DNA of 60,233 bases. Source: Phenylobacterium sp. (GTDB taxonomy: Bacteria; Pseudomonadota; Alphaproteobacteria; Caulobacterales; Caulobacteraceae). The notes below the pieces were generated by a model. That model made no database searches. It was not told the DNA's origin and saw only the letters and a program-made list of their open reading frames with translations. Positions 34,545 to 44,039 of the stretch are shown piece after piece (within the stretch, counting starts at the first letter, position 1; each line of letters opens with the position of its first letter). Location: contig NZ_JAQGIZ010000038.1 in NCBI RefSeq assembly GCF_028290885.1, forward strand, positions 1 to 60,233, in the 5' to 3' direction. Made by a program: the position numbers and the translations under genes.

Positions 34545-35647
34545 GCCTTCGCACCCTTGCGGCCGGGCACGTGGGTCGGGTTGGCGTTGGCCGCCGCCTC
34601 GTCCAACGGCCAGCGGGGCCTTGCGGGCGCATCGAGCGGATCGGAGATCCCCAGCGCCAACCGCTCGGCGCCGGCGAGCGCGATCATCGCCGCGTTGTCC
34701 GTGCAGTAGGCCAGCGGCGGGGCGGTAAAGGAAAAGCCCCGCGCCTCCGCCGTCGCCTGCAGCCGGGCCCGCACGGCGCGATTGGCCGCGACGCCGCCGG
34801 CCACCACGAAGCGCAGGCCGCGCCCCTCGTGGGCGACGGCGTAGGCGGCCATGGCCCGGTTGCTGCGCTCTGCCAGTTGGCTGGCGATGGCGGCCTGCAC
34901 CGCAGCGGCCAGGTCGGCGCGTTCGACGGCTGTGGTGAGGCCCTCGGCGATCCGCGCGGCGGCGGTCTTCAGGCCCGAGAAGGAGAAGTCGCAGTCCTTG
35001 CGGCCGAGCAGCATGCGCGGCAGCACGAATCGCTCGGCATCGCCGCGTTCCGCCAGCGCCTCCAGCGCCGGTCCGCCGGGGTAGGGCAGGCCGAGCGTCT
35101 TGGCGATCTTGTCGAAGGCCTCGCCGGCTGCGTCGTCGATGGTCGAGCCCAGCCGCCGGCATGCGCCCACGCCGTCTACGGCGAGAAGCTGGCAGTGGCC
35201 GCCGGAGACCAGCAGCAGCAGGAACGGATAGTCGACTTCCGACGCCAGCCGCGCCGAGACTGCATGGCCCTCCAGGTGGTTCACCGCCACCAGCGGCAGG
35301 CCACGGGCGAGCGCCACCGCCTTGCCGAACGACAGGCCGACCATCACCCCGCCGACCAGGCCCGGCCCGGCGGTGGCCGCGACCCCGGTGAGGTCTTCAA
35401 AGCCCACGCCCGCGTCGGCCAGCGCCCGCGCCGCGATGCCGTCGATGCTCTCCACATGCGCCCGGGCGGCGATCTCCGGCACCACCCCGCCAAAGGGCGC
35501 ATGCGCCGCGATCTGGCTGGCGATCGCCGAGGACAGCACCTCGACGGCCCCGTCCGGCCCACGGCGCACAACCGCCGCGGCGGTCTCGTCGCAGCTGGTC
35601 TCGATGCCGAGTACAACTTGGGGGACGGTCTGTGTGGTTGAGGTCAT
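34541..35647 (-). CDS. tsaD: tRNA N6-threonylcarbamoyladenosine transferase TsaD
   Basis: [32 protein letters not shown]. Confidence 0.96.
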   Translation of the reverse strand: MTSTTQTVPQVVLGIETSCDETAAAVVRRGPDGAVEVLSSAIASQIAAHAPFGGVVPEIAARAHVESIDGIAARALADAGVGFEDLTGVAATAGPGLVGGVMVGLSFGKAVALARGLPLVAVNHLEGHAVSARLASEVDYPFLLLLVSGGHCQLLAVDGVGACRRLGSTIDDAAGEAFDKIAKTLGLPYPGGPALEALAERGDAERFVLPRMLLGRKDCDFSFSGLKTAAARIAEGLTTAVERADLAAAVQAAIASQLAERSNRAMAAYAVAHEGRGLRFVVAGGVAANRAVRARLQATAEARGFSFTAPPLAYCTDNAAMIALAGAERLALGISDPLDAPARPRWPLDEAAANANPTHVPGRKGAKA

Positions 35648-35717
35648 CCGGTTGCCGGGGGGCGCCCGCTCCTGTAGCAGGCGCATCTCGCTTCCGCTCC
35701 GAGGTAGACCGCCGGCC

Positions 35718-36710
35718 GTGCCCACGCAACCGCCCGCCCCAAAAGCGCCAGGGCCCTGGGCGCAAGTGCGGATCGGCGCCCGCGGCTCGAAGCTGTCGCT
35801 CGCCCAGGCCGGCCACATGCAGCGCCGGATCGCCGCCGCGCTCGGGGCGGATCCCGAAGACGCAGCCGCGGTCGCGCGCGTGGCCCCGCTGGTGGTCATC
35901 ACCACCACCGGCGACCGGGTGCAGGACCGCCGCCTGCTGGAGATCGGCGGCAAGGGCATGTTCACCAAGGAGATCGAGGAGGCGCTGCTCGACGGACGCA
36001 TCGATTGCGCCGTCCACTCCCTGAAGGACATGCCGGCGCTCTTGCCCCAAGGCCTGTGTATCGCCGCCATCCCCGAGCGCGAGGACCCGCGCGACGCCTT
36101 CTTGAGCCCGCGGGCCGAGCGGCTGGAGGACCTGGCCGAGGGCGCGGTGCTCGGCACCGCCAGCTTGCGGCGCCAGGCGCAGGCGCTGTATCGCCGCCCC
36201 GACCTCGACGTCCGCATGCTGCGCGGCAACGTCGACACCCGGATCGCCAAGCTCGCCGCCGGCGAGGCCGACGCAATCCTGCTGGCCGTCGCGGGCCTGA
36301 AGCGCCTTGGCCTCGGTCACCTGCCCAAGAGCCTGATCGATCCCGTGGAATGCCCGCCCGCCCCCGGCCAGGGCGCGCTCGCCATCGAGACCCGCACCGG
36401 CGACTGCGACGCCGCCTGGGTGCAGGCGATAAGGCACGGTCCCACGACCGTCGCCGTCGCCGCCGAACGTGGCGCGCTCACCGCCCTGGAAGGCTCCTGC
36501 AAAACCGCCATCGGGGCGCACGCCTGGTTCGAGGGCGCGCACCTGAAGCTGATCGTCGAGGCCCTGGCGCCGGATGGCAGCGTCCGCTTCCGACACGCCG
36601 GCGAGGCGGACCTGACCGAGCTCGCCGATCCCGAGGCCTCGGCCCGCGACCTCGGCCTGTCGCTGGGGATCGCCGTGCGCGACCAAGCCGGCGACGCGAT
36701 CTTCGTCTAG
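35718..36710 (+). CDS. hemC: Hydroxymethylbilane synthase
   Basis: [35 protein letters not shown] cofactor Cys. Confidence 0.95.
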   Translation: MPTQPPAPKAPGPWAQVRIGARGSKLSLAQAGHMQRRIAAALGADPEDAAAVARVAPLVVITTTGDRVQDRRLLEIGGKGMFTKEIEEALLDGRIDCAVHSLKDMPALLPQGLCIAAIPEREDPRDAFLSPRAERLEDLAEGAVLGTASLRRQAQALYRRPDLDVRMLRGNVDTRIAKLAAGEADAILLAVAGLKRLGLGHLPKSLIDPVECPPAPGQGALAIETRTGDCDAAWVQAIRHGPTTVAVAAERGALTALEGSCKTAIGAHAWFEGAHLKLIVEALAPDGSVRFRHAGEADLTELADPEASARDLGLSLGIAVRDQAGDAIFV

Positions 36711-36877
36711 CGCGACATCCAGGGCTTCGACTTGGACGAGGCGTGGGCCGCCGCGGCCTGCTCGCGCTGGAACCGGCCGCCGCGGGGCGGCTTCGGCCTG
36801 GCCTCGATGGCGGCCTTCTTCAGCCGGAGCGCCCGCTGGATGGGGGTTTCCGACGGTGGCGTCTTGTCGTCCGGCAT
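36707..36877 (-). CDS. Small basic protein, 56 aa (absent from the ORF track)
   Basis: Translated by hand: [56 protein letters not shown]; AAGGGA RBS; G/C at nearly all third codon positions. Confidence 0.7.
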   Translation of the reverse strand: MPDDKTPPSETPIQRALRLKKAAIEARPKPPRGGRFQREQAAAAHASSKSKPWMSR

Positions 36878-36965
36878 CGGGGTCCCTTCACGGCGGCTAT
36901 GGCTTAGATCGACCCCTCATATAGGGTTTGCGGAAGGTTAAGGCTCTCTGCCCTAAAAGGTCTCC

Positions 36966-37670
36966 ATGGCTCGTCGTCGCCAAAAAATCTGGATCACCCG
37001 CGCCCAGCCCGGCGCGGACGCCACCGCCGAGCGGGTGCGGGCGCTGGGGCATGAGGCGATCGTCGCCCCGCTGCTGGCCGTGCGGGCGCTGGAGGACGTC
37101 GAGGTCGATCTCCGCGGCGTGGCCGCGCTGGCCTTCACCAGCGCCAACGGGGTGCGCGCCTTCTCGGACCTGAGCGGCGAGCGGTCGCTGCGGGTGTTCG
37201 CTGTGGGCGCGGCGACGGCGCAGGCGGCGCGGGCGGCGGGCTTCAGGCTGGTGCTCTCCGCGGACGGCGACGTTGAGGCGCTGGCCGAAGGCATCGCGCT
37301 CCGCCGCACCGAACTGCGCGGCGCCGTGCTGCACCCCGGCGCGGCGGAGCCGGCCGGCGACCTGGCCGCCGCCCTCGAGAAGCACGGCGTCGAGGCGCGC
37401 CGGTTGATCCTCTACGAGACCGCCGCGGTGAAGCTGGAGGCGGAGATCGCCAGGCAGCTGGTGCAGGCCGATGCGGCCCTGCTGCATTCGCCGCGCGCCG
37501 CCCAGGTGCTGGCCGCCCTGCTGAAGCTCCATCCCGCCCCCAGGCTCAGGGCGCTCGGACTATCGAAGGCGGTGGTCAAGCCGCTGGCCCGTATCCCGCT
37601 GGCCGCCAAGGTCTTCCCGCCCATGCCCCTCGAAGGGGCGCTGCTGAATCTGATAGACCGCAACCCATGA
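36966..37670 (+). CDS. hemD: Uroporphyrinogen-III synthase
   Basis: ITRAQP, FTSANGV, AVG..TA, LYET, SPRAA; hem cluster context. Confidence 0.92.
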   Translation: MARRRQKIWITRAQPGADATAERVRALGHEAIVAPLLAVRALEDVEVDLRGVAALAFTSANGVRAFSDLSGERSLRVFAVGAATAQAARAAGFRLVLSADGDVEALAEGIALRRTELRGAVLHPGAAEPAGDLAAALEKHGVEARRLILYETAAVKLEAEIARQLVQADAALLHSPRAAQVLAALLKLHPAPRLRALGLSKAVVKPLARIPLAAKVFPPMPLEGALLNLIDRNP

Positions 37671-38533
37671 TCCCGCCCGCCGACGCCCCGCCGACCGCCG
37701 CGCCGAAGGACCCAGCCGCCTATCGGCCGCGCCCGGTCCTTGGCCTGACTGTCTGGGCGATGCTCGCGTTCGGCCTGCTCTGCATCCTGGCCGGCGTGGC
37801 CATCGCCGACCTCGGGCCCCGGCTGTTCGCCGCGAAATCCACGTCCAAGGCGCCCGCCGAGGCCGCCTCGCCGGCCGACCCCCCTGCGCCCGCGTCGGCC
37901 TCTGCGGCGCCGGCGCCCGTCACGGCGCCTGCCGCTCCCACGCCGGACGTCGAGCGGCTGAGCGCGCGGGTGACCACTCTGGAGTCGCAGCAGGCCCACA
38001 CCTCTCAGGCCGCCGCCGCCGCGCTCGCCGTCTCCGCCGTGGTGGAGGCCTCGCAGGGCACGGGGCCCTTCGCCGAAGAGCTGGAGAGCCTGCGGGCGAT
38101 CTCGCCGCCCTCGCCGGAGCTGCAGTCGCTGGCGCGGCTCGCCCAGGCCGGCGCGCCCAGCCGCACGGCGCTGGCGGCCAGCTTCCCTGATTACGCCGCC
38201 CGCGCAGCCAGCGCCGCCCGCGCGCCGGGCGACAAGGCCGGACTCGGCGACCGCATCGTCTATGAGCTCTCCCGCATCGTCACCCTGCGCCGCGTCGGCG
38301 ACGTGCCGGGCGACGGCGTCGACGCCCTTCTCGCCCGCGCCGAGCGGCAGGTGGAGGACGGCGACCTCGACCGGGCGCTGCGCACCCTCGACCGGCTGCC
38401 GCCGAAGGCCCGCGAGGCCATGGCGTTGTGGCGCGCCCGGGCCGAACGGCGCGCCGAGATCGACCGCAACGCCCAGGCGCTGCGCGCCCGCGCCCTGCAG
38501 GCCCTGGCCGCCGAGGCGAGGGGCGCCGCATGA
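37667..38533 (+). CDS. Mitofilin/Mic60-like (COG4223) inner-membrane protein
   Basis: N-terminal TM, Pro/Ala linker, G.PFA.EL, LARAE..V..GDL..A; position between hemD and hemY. Confidence 0.8.
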   Translation: MIPPADAPPTAAPKDPAAYRPRPVLGLTVWAMLAFGLLCILAGVAIADLGPRLFAAKSTSKAPAEAASPADPPAPASASAAPAPVTAPAAPTPDVERLSARVTTLESQQAHTSQAAAAALAVSAVVEASQGTGPFAEELESLRAISPPSPELQSLARLAQAGAPSRTALAASFPDYAARAASAARAPGDKAGLGDRIVYELSRIVTLRRVGDVPGDGVDALLARAERQVEDGDLDRALRTLDRLPPKAREAMALWRARAERRAEIDRNAQALRARALQALAAEARGAA

Positions 38534-40056
38534 TCCGCGCCAGCCTGGTGGTGCTGTTCGTCGCCGCGGCGGCGGTGGCGATCCTGGCGCTGGCCGGCGA
38601 CCCGGGCCGCGCCAGCGTGGTGTGGCTGGGCTGGCGCGCCGATATGACCGCCGCGGCGGCCGCCCTGATCGTGATGTTCGCCGCCCTCTTCGCGACCGTC
38701 GGCTGGCGGACGCTCTTGTGGATCCTGGCCGCGCCGCAGCGCGCCGAGCGGATCCGCGCCGAAAGCCGCCGCCGCCAGGCCAACGAGACCCTCACCCGCG
38801 GCTTCCTGGCCGCGGCGGCCGGCGACGGCTCGGAGGCGCGGCGCCTGGCGCAGAAGGCCGCCGGCCTCGCCGAAGAGACGCCGGGCCTGGTCCGGGTGCT
38901 GGCCGCCCAGGCCGCCGAAGCCGCCGGCGACGTGGCCGCCGCGCACGCGGCCTACACAGCCATGCTGGGCTTCCCGGAGATGCGGCTCGCCGGTCATAAG
39001 GGGCTGATGCAGCTGGCCCTGGCGGAGGGCGAGCGGGAGACCGCCCTGCGCCACGCCCAGGAAGCCTTCGGCGAGACCCGCAGCGCCCGCTGGGCCTGGC
39101 GCGCCCTGCTGGAGGCCCGCCTGGACGCCGCCGAGTGGGGCGCGGGCTTGGACCTGGTCAAGAACGCCCTCGACCGGAAGATCGTCCCGCCGGTGACCGC
39201 CGAGCGGGCGCGCGCCGCCCTGCTCGCGGCGCTGGCCGCCCAGCTCGAACACGCCGCCGAGCCCAGGGCGCGGGCCCAGGCGCTCGACAGCGCGGTGGAG
39301 GCGGCCAAGCTGCAGCCGGGCTTTGCGCCGGGCGTGGTGATGGCCGCCCGCCTGCTGGCCGCCGACGGCAAGACCGGCCGCGCTTCGGCGACGATCGAGA
39401 ATGCCTGGAAGGCCGCGCCGCACCCGGCCCTGTGGCTCGCCTACCGCGACCTGAAGACCGCCGAGACGCCGCGCGAGCGCGCCCAGCGGCTGATGGTGCT
39501 GGCCGCCCAGAACCCGTCGCACCGCGAAAGCCGCATCCTGGGCGTGGAGGGGGCGCTGGTCACGGGCGACGTCCCGGCCGCCCGCCAGGCGATGGCCGCC
39601 CTCGACGGCGAGCCGGTCACCGCCCGCATCGCCGGCCTGCGCGCCCGGATGGCCTTCGCCGCCGGCCAGCCGGACGAGGCGCGGCTGTGGCTGGCCCAGG
39701 GGATGAACGCCCCGCAGGAACCCGACTGGTCGGACCTCGACCCGGAAGGCCGCGCCTTCGCCTACCAGGCCTCCGACTGGGCCCGGCTGGTGATCACCTT
39801 CGCCGAGACCGGCGTGCTCATCCATCCCCGCCACGAACGCCGCGAACGGACCCTGAGCGAGCTGCCCGAGCTGCCCATCGCCTATGCCGACTCCGCGCCG
39901 TTCCTCACCGCCGACGGCCTCGAACCCGCGCCCTATCCGGTGGACGAGGAGAGTTATGACGAGGACGAGGCGATGACCGAGGCGCAGGCCCCAGCCCCGC
40001 CGCGCCGCCGCGCGGGCCGTGGCCGCTTGGCGAGCGCGCCGAGAGCCGCTAAATAG
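38530..40056 (+). CDS. hemY: HemY N-terminal/TPR membrane protein
   Basis: Two N-terminal TMs, GFLAAAAGD, AW..APHP, TPR-like helices; conserved hem cluster position. Confidence 0.8.
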   Translation: MIRASLVVLFVAAAAVAILALAGDPGRASVVWLGWRADMTAAAAALIVMFAALFATVGWRTLLWILAAPQRAERIRAESRRRQANETLTRGFLAAAAGDGSEARRLAQKAAGLAEETPGLVRVLAAQAAEAAGDVAAAHAAYTAMLGFPEMRLAGHKGLMQLALAEGERETALRHAQEAFGETRSARWAWRALLEARLDAAEWGAGLDLVKNALDRKIVPPVTAERARAALLAALAAQLEHAAEPRARAQALDSAVEAAKLQPGFAPGVVMAARLLAADGKTGRASATIENAWKAAPHPALWLAYRDLKTAETPRERAQRLMVLAAQNPSHRESRILGVEGALVTGDVPAARQAMAALDGEPVTARIAGLRARMAFAAGQPDEARLWLAQGMNAPQEPDWSDLDPEGRAFAYQASDWARLVITFAETGVLIHPRHERRERTLSELPELPIAYADSAPFLTADGLEPAPYPVDEESYDEDEAMTEAQAPAPPRRRAGRGRLASAPRAAK

Positions 40057-40108
40057 GCGCTCCTTCGCGGCGGGGGCTCCCGACCGCAACCGGATTCAAG
40101 GCCCATGG

Positions 40109-40184
40109 GCCGCCTTAGCTCAGCCGGTAGAGCGGCGCATTCGTAATGCGTAGGTCAGGTGTTCGAGTCACCTAGGCGGCACCA
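40109..40184 (+). tRNA. tRNA-Thr(CGT)
   Basis: 76-nt cloverleaf: GCCGCCT/AGGCGGC acceptor, anticodon loop TTCGTAA, T-arm AGGTG-TTCGAGT-CACCT, encoded CCA. Confidence 0.96.
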
Positions 40185-40299
40185 TCCCTTCCAGTAGGAA
40201 ATCGGAACCCGATAGGCGGAGAGGCCTTAAACCGGGTCGCCGCTTGGGTCCCAGCTGGGAGTGGCTTCCAGAGCTGACACTGCCTTTCCTAGGATAAAA

Positions 40300-40375
40300 G
40301 CCGCCGTAGCACGCTCAATATGTCCGCTCATTCGTAATGAGGGGGTCACAGGTTCGAGTCCTGTAAGCGGCACCA
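40300..40375 (+). pseudogene. Degenerate second tRNA-Thr(CGT) copy / att scar
   Basis: CTCA-TTCGTAA-TGAG anticodon arm, ACAGG-TTCGAGT-CCTGT T-arm, GCGGC-ACCA end; D-arm cannot pair. Confidence 0.75.
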
Positions 40376-40646
40376 TCCTTCCGAACAGCCTCTAACGAGG
40401 AAATCCCCGGGACAAAAGGCCAGAGGCTCGAACGCTCGGCAGCCGTATGGGTGCAAGCTGGGTGTGGCTTCCAGAAGGATCTTGTGGTGGACTCGTCAGC
40501 AGGATTGGCTGCGTGCGAATCCCACTCCCCGCTACGTCCGAATTACACGTTTCGCCAAACTATGGTGGTGCCACCAACTGTTTTAGCGGTACGCCCAAGC
40601 AATCTTGCCAACCCAACGCCGTCCGTCTCAACTGATAGTTTGCTCC

Positions 40647-41753
40647 TTAGAAATCCTCGGGGGATTCGGGAGGCTTGCCTATATCAATGATTGTTCGACG
40701 ATCGGGATCGATGAAGATTGGGTAGAACTGTCCCGGCCTCTGGGCCCGCACGACACCTATTCCCCGGCGAACCATCCCCTCCCAAAGACTCGACTCACTT
40801 AAGCCCTCTGGGGTTTCGCGCTCTGTAAGGCCAAGCATATTGTCGGTTGTTCGCGAAAGTTCAGCCGCGCCGAAAAATACGAAGTACACATACTCTTCAA
40901 CGCGAGAAAATTCCTTCGTTCGAGACGTGCCACCAGGCTTAATAACGCTTGTTATCATTTGAATCTTTGCGTCGGGAAACAACTGCTCCAACAACAGGCC
41001 GAGCCTCAAATATTCTTTCTCATCTATAGTAACTATAAGAACTGATTTCTCGACTTTCAGCAACTCCCGAGCCAATATGAGTCGCCTCTCCATAAAGGCT
41101 AGCCATTTTGAGTGTCTATAAAGATCATCTCCTTCAACGTAATCATTGTTATACTTCCAATCTCTTGAGCCCGTATTGTACGGGGGGTCGATATAGATGA
41201 CGTCCACCTTTCCGCGGTGCGTAAAAGTGAGACCTTCCAAGGCGTGGAAGTTTTCGGCATTGATTACGGTGTGAAAAGGCTTGTCGCCGCCGCGCTCCAC
41301 GCGACCCGTGCTGACAAGGCCCGGATAGATGTAATCGCGGAACTCAGCGACTACGACAAGATCCTCGAGGTCAGCTTCGTGCGTCTCGAAAACATCACCC
41401 AACAACTCGAGTTGGGCGCGGAGGCCAGCGATCGAGACGACCTTCCAGAGGCGCGGATCGTTACCCGCCGTAGATCCCCGCGGTGGCAGGATACGAACCT
41501 TGTCCCCTCGACGGACGGCGCGGCCGGGCAGCTGCACGCTCTCCGGCCGATGGCGCTCGAAGTTGTCCGTCTCTGAGTCTTTCCCGGTCTCCGGGTCTCG
41601 ATACCAACGCTGATGCCACTTCTCGTCCGCAACGAGGGTGAGCGTTCGGCCCCAGAACTTCGTTCGGCGCTGTAGCCAAGACCGCATTTCCGCGTCGACT
41701 GACAGCGCTGACCAGAACGCGTGGTCAAGTGCAAGTTCGTCAGGATTTGGCAT
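40647..41753 (-). pseudogene. Truncated, probably chimeric DNA adenine methyltransferase (type III Mod-like)
   Basis: IYIDPPYNTG (DPPY at 41178-41189), HSKWLAFMERRL; no FxGxG SAM motif before the stop; first ~63 aa look unrelated. Confidence 0.75.
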
Positions 41754-41829
41754 GAAGTCCCCCCGCTACTTTTGAGGCCCCCCGGATTTCCGCCCTCGGC
41801 GGTTTGACCGGCAAAACCCCCTCCACCAC

Positions 41830-42168
41830 CTACGGGCTTCGACTCGGTCCTGGCGGGAAGCCGGGGTAGTGATCCGAGTGGTCACCCGTATAGTTCTCTT
41901 CACCCGGCTTCGTCAGACATTCCACGGGCTTTGCGTAGCTATCGATCCGCCTCTCGGGCTCCTCCCGCCACGACAGATTGAAGGCCGCCCGCTTCGGGAA
42001 GAACTCCATGCGGGAGTAGGGAAGATGGTCGTGGACCCACCACGCCATCGCCTGCCACGGCATTCCATCGTCGTATCGATCGGCGATGGCACCACCAAGC
42101 CAACGGCGTTTTGAACGCCACTTCCCCGCAACGGTCGGCCCGCCACCGGAATCGTTCGACGCTACCAT
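41830..42168 (-). pseudogene. C-terminal fragment of a conserved alphaproteobacterial protein (often annotated peptidase M15-like)
   Basis: WQAMAWWVHDHLPYS..FFPK.AAFN.SW.E.PERRIDSY recalled as the tail of a longer protein; N-terminal part missing. Confidence 0.5.
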
Positions 42169-42537
42169 GACGCCCTCCTACCAACGGGCTTTCGTTTCAA
42201 TGGTAAGGGTACAACCAACAGACGGGTATTCGATATTCCAGCGAATGCCGTGTAAGTCCGCTGCGGGGGTCTCGACCAGCCCACGAGATAATGATTTGAT
42301 ATTCGGGCGGAATACGCGCGTCATCAGATTGTAGACGAAAATGGCGCGCAGTGACGGAGGCGCTCATGTCGCCTGCGGAGCTTAAAACAAGCTAAACATC
42401 GAGCACCGCCAAGCAGCACTCGACTGAAGCGCGACCGCGACAAGCGGAAGTAAATTGAAAAATTACTGGCAATCATTCGCTTGGCAGCCGTTGGCAGCCA
42501 TGCCGCTCCTCCACAGCGAATTGAAACGGAGGATCAA

Positions 42538-42999
42538 ATGCGTTTGATGATTTTGGCCGTCGCCGGCCTCGCCCTCGCGGGATGCGCTACCATCACGCGA
42601 GGGACCAATGACACCTGGACCGTGAACACAACGCCGACCGGCGCGGGGGTTCGCACATCCAATCAGCTCGCCTGCGACTCCACGCCCTGCACGTTCAGGA
42701 TGGCGCGGAAATCCGAGTTCGACGTGACGATCACGAAGCCAGGCTACAAGATTTGGACGGGACATATCACCCACCATGTGGCGGGGGGTGGTGGCGCGGG
42801 CATGGCTGGGAACGTGTTATTCGGCGGGCTCATCGGCGCTGGCGTCGACGTCTCCACCGGGGCGATGATGGACCTGGTGCCTAACCCGCTCAACGTCGCG
42901 CTGGAGTCCGACGCAAGCAAAGCTGGCGCGACAATTGCGCCGATCCCATCCGCCTCCCCGCCACAGCTGCTAGTTTCCCCGTCTAAGGTGCCGGGCTAG
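42538..42999 (+). CDS. Lipoprotein (PEGA-like domain plus Gly-rich hydrophobic hairpin)
   Basis: GGAGG RBS, lipobox LAG-CATITRGT, TPC, ITKPGYK, GNVLFGGLIGAGVD. Confidence 0.82.
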   Translation: MRLMILAVAGLALAGCATITRGTNDTWTVNTTPTGAGVRTSNQLACDSTPCTFRMARKSEFDVTITKPGYKIWTGHITHHVAGGGGAGMAGNVLFGGLIGAGVDVSTGAMMDLVPNPLNVALESDASKAGATIAPIPSASPPQLLVSPSKVPG

Positions 43000-43350
43000 A
43001 TTCACACGGACGATGTAACGCTGGCTGAACCGGCGAAGCCTTCCATAGCGCGCCGAAGAGTCAGCTCAGGGTCGGAAGCCGGCATTGGGATCGGACCCCG
43101 AAGCGGACGATCACCTGGCCGCAGGTGGACAAGGCCGCTGGCGGCGGGTGGACGATTGTTCGGCGATATCCGCAGGTATAGCACAGGTCGCATTTTCGGC
43201 TACTTCCTACGGGAGGCGCGTAAAGTAGGGAAGCGATCGAACACGTGCTTCGGCCAGTCTGGGAAGAGCTTGGGTCGTGGCAAGCCCGGCTTCCCTCGCT
43301 GGTGCTAAGCCGACGGAAATATTCGTTTTTCTCCGATCTCGTGACTCGAG

Positions 43351-43395
43351 TTCGTAATGCGTAGGTCGGGTGTTCGAGTCGCCCAGGCGGCACCA
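43351..43395 (+). repeat. attR: displaced 3' half of tRNA-Thr(CGT)
   Basis: TTCGTAATGCGTAGGTCGGGTGTTCGAGTCGCCCAGGCGGCACCA, 42/45 identical to the gene; starts at the anticodon loop. Confidence 0.9.
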
Positions 43396-43424
43396 TTCCT
43401 CCCCCAGTCGAGGGGGGCGAGGCG

Positions 43425-43961
43425 CTACAGCTTCACCTTCGCCATCTGCCCGTTGCGCAGGGTCACCCGGCGCATGATGGCCACGTCGCGGCCGGCCGCG
43501 CCGGGGGCGACGGGCTTGGCCACGGTGATCACGAACCAGGCCCCGTCGGGCAGGGCCGAGAAGGCGAAGTGGTTCTGCGCGTCGCAGGTGGTGCGGCGGA
43601 CGAAGGCGGAATAGTCCTGGCTGCGCTCGGGCGGGGTGCGGCCGCGCACCTCGGCCGCCGGCAGGGCCGCGGACTGCTCCGAGTTGTAGAGGATCATCAT
43701 CCGGCGCTTCACCCACGGCGTCTCGGGCGTCAGCACGACGGCGGAATTGGCGCAGGTGAAGGCCTGCCCCGCCTGGCTGTAGGCGAGCTGGCCGTCGATC
43801 CCGCCCTTGCCGGCGGCCTGCGACCAGGTGAAGTCGGCCGCCCGGAAGGCCGCCGACGCCGCAGCCGTGGAGGCGGGCGCCCCCGGCGTCGGACCGCCGG
43901 GGCTCGCGCAGGCGCCGAGCAGGAGGAAACCGCCCACCGCGCAGACTAAGCGTGCACTCAT
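43425..43961 (-). CDS. Hypothetical lipoprotein
   Basis: GGGGAGG RBS, lipobox LLGA-C, two further Cys, CDAQNHFAFSALPDGAWFV beta-sandwich-like tail. Confidence 0.78.
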   Translation of the reverse strand: MSARLVCAVGGFLLLGACASPGGPTPGAPASTAAASAAFRAADFTWSQAAGKGGIDGQLAYSQAGQAFTCANSAVVLTPETPWVKRRMMILYNSEQSAALPAAEVRGRTPPERSQDYSAFVRRTTCDAQNHFAFSALPDGAWFVITVAKPVAPGAAGRDVAIMRRVTLRNGQMAKVKL

Positions 43962-44039
43962 CGACAACCTCCCCAAATAAGCTTGGCTAGAATTGCACGC
44001 CCGCCGCGGTGGCGAAAGCGCTTGCGCCACGCTTCCCCA

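Larger units (their letters stand above)
40185..43395. mobile_element. Decayed genomic island integrated in tRNA-Thr(CGT), no integrase left
   Basis: Flanked by a 45-bp direct repeat of the tRNA 3' half (40140-40184 vs 43351-43395, 3 mismatches); visibly AT-richer; gene fragments. Confidence 0.85.

Noticed and set aside
40109-40475. CRISPR-like array from the recurring repeats
   Set aside because: Only two or three diverged copies, tRNA-derived, with irregular spacing; no cas genes
42467-42482. Sigma-54 promoter upstream of the island lipoprotein
   Set aside because: GG-to-GC spacing is 9 nt rather than the required 10
40185-43350. Active prophage/ICE or functional restriction-modification system
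   Set aside because: No integrase, phage or conjugation genes; the methyltransferase lacks its SAM-binding motif and a res partner
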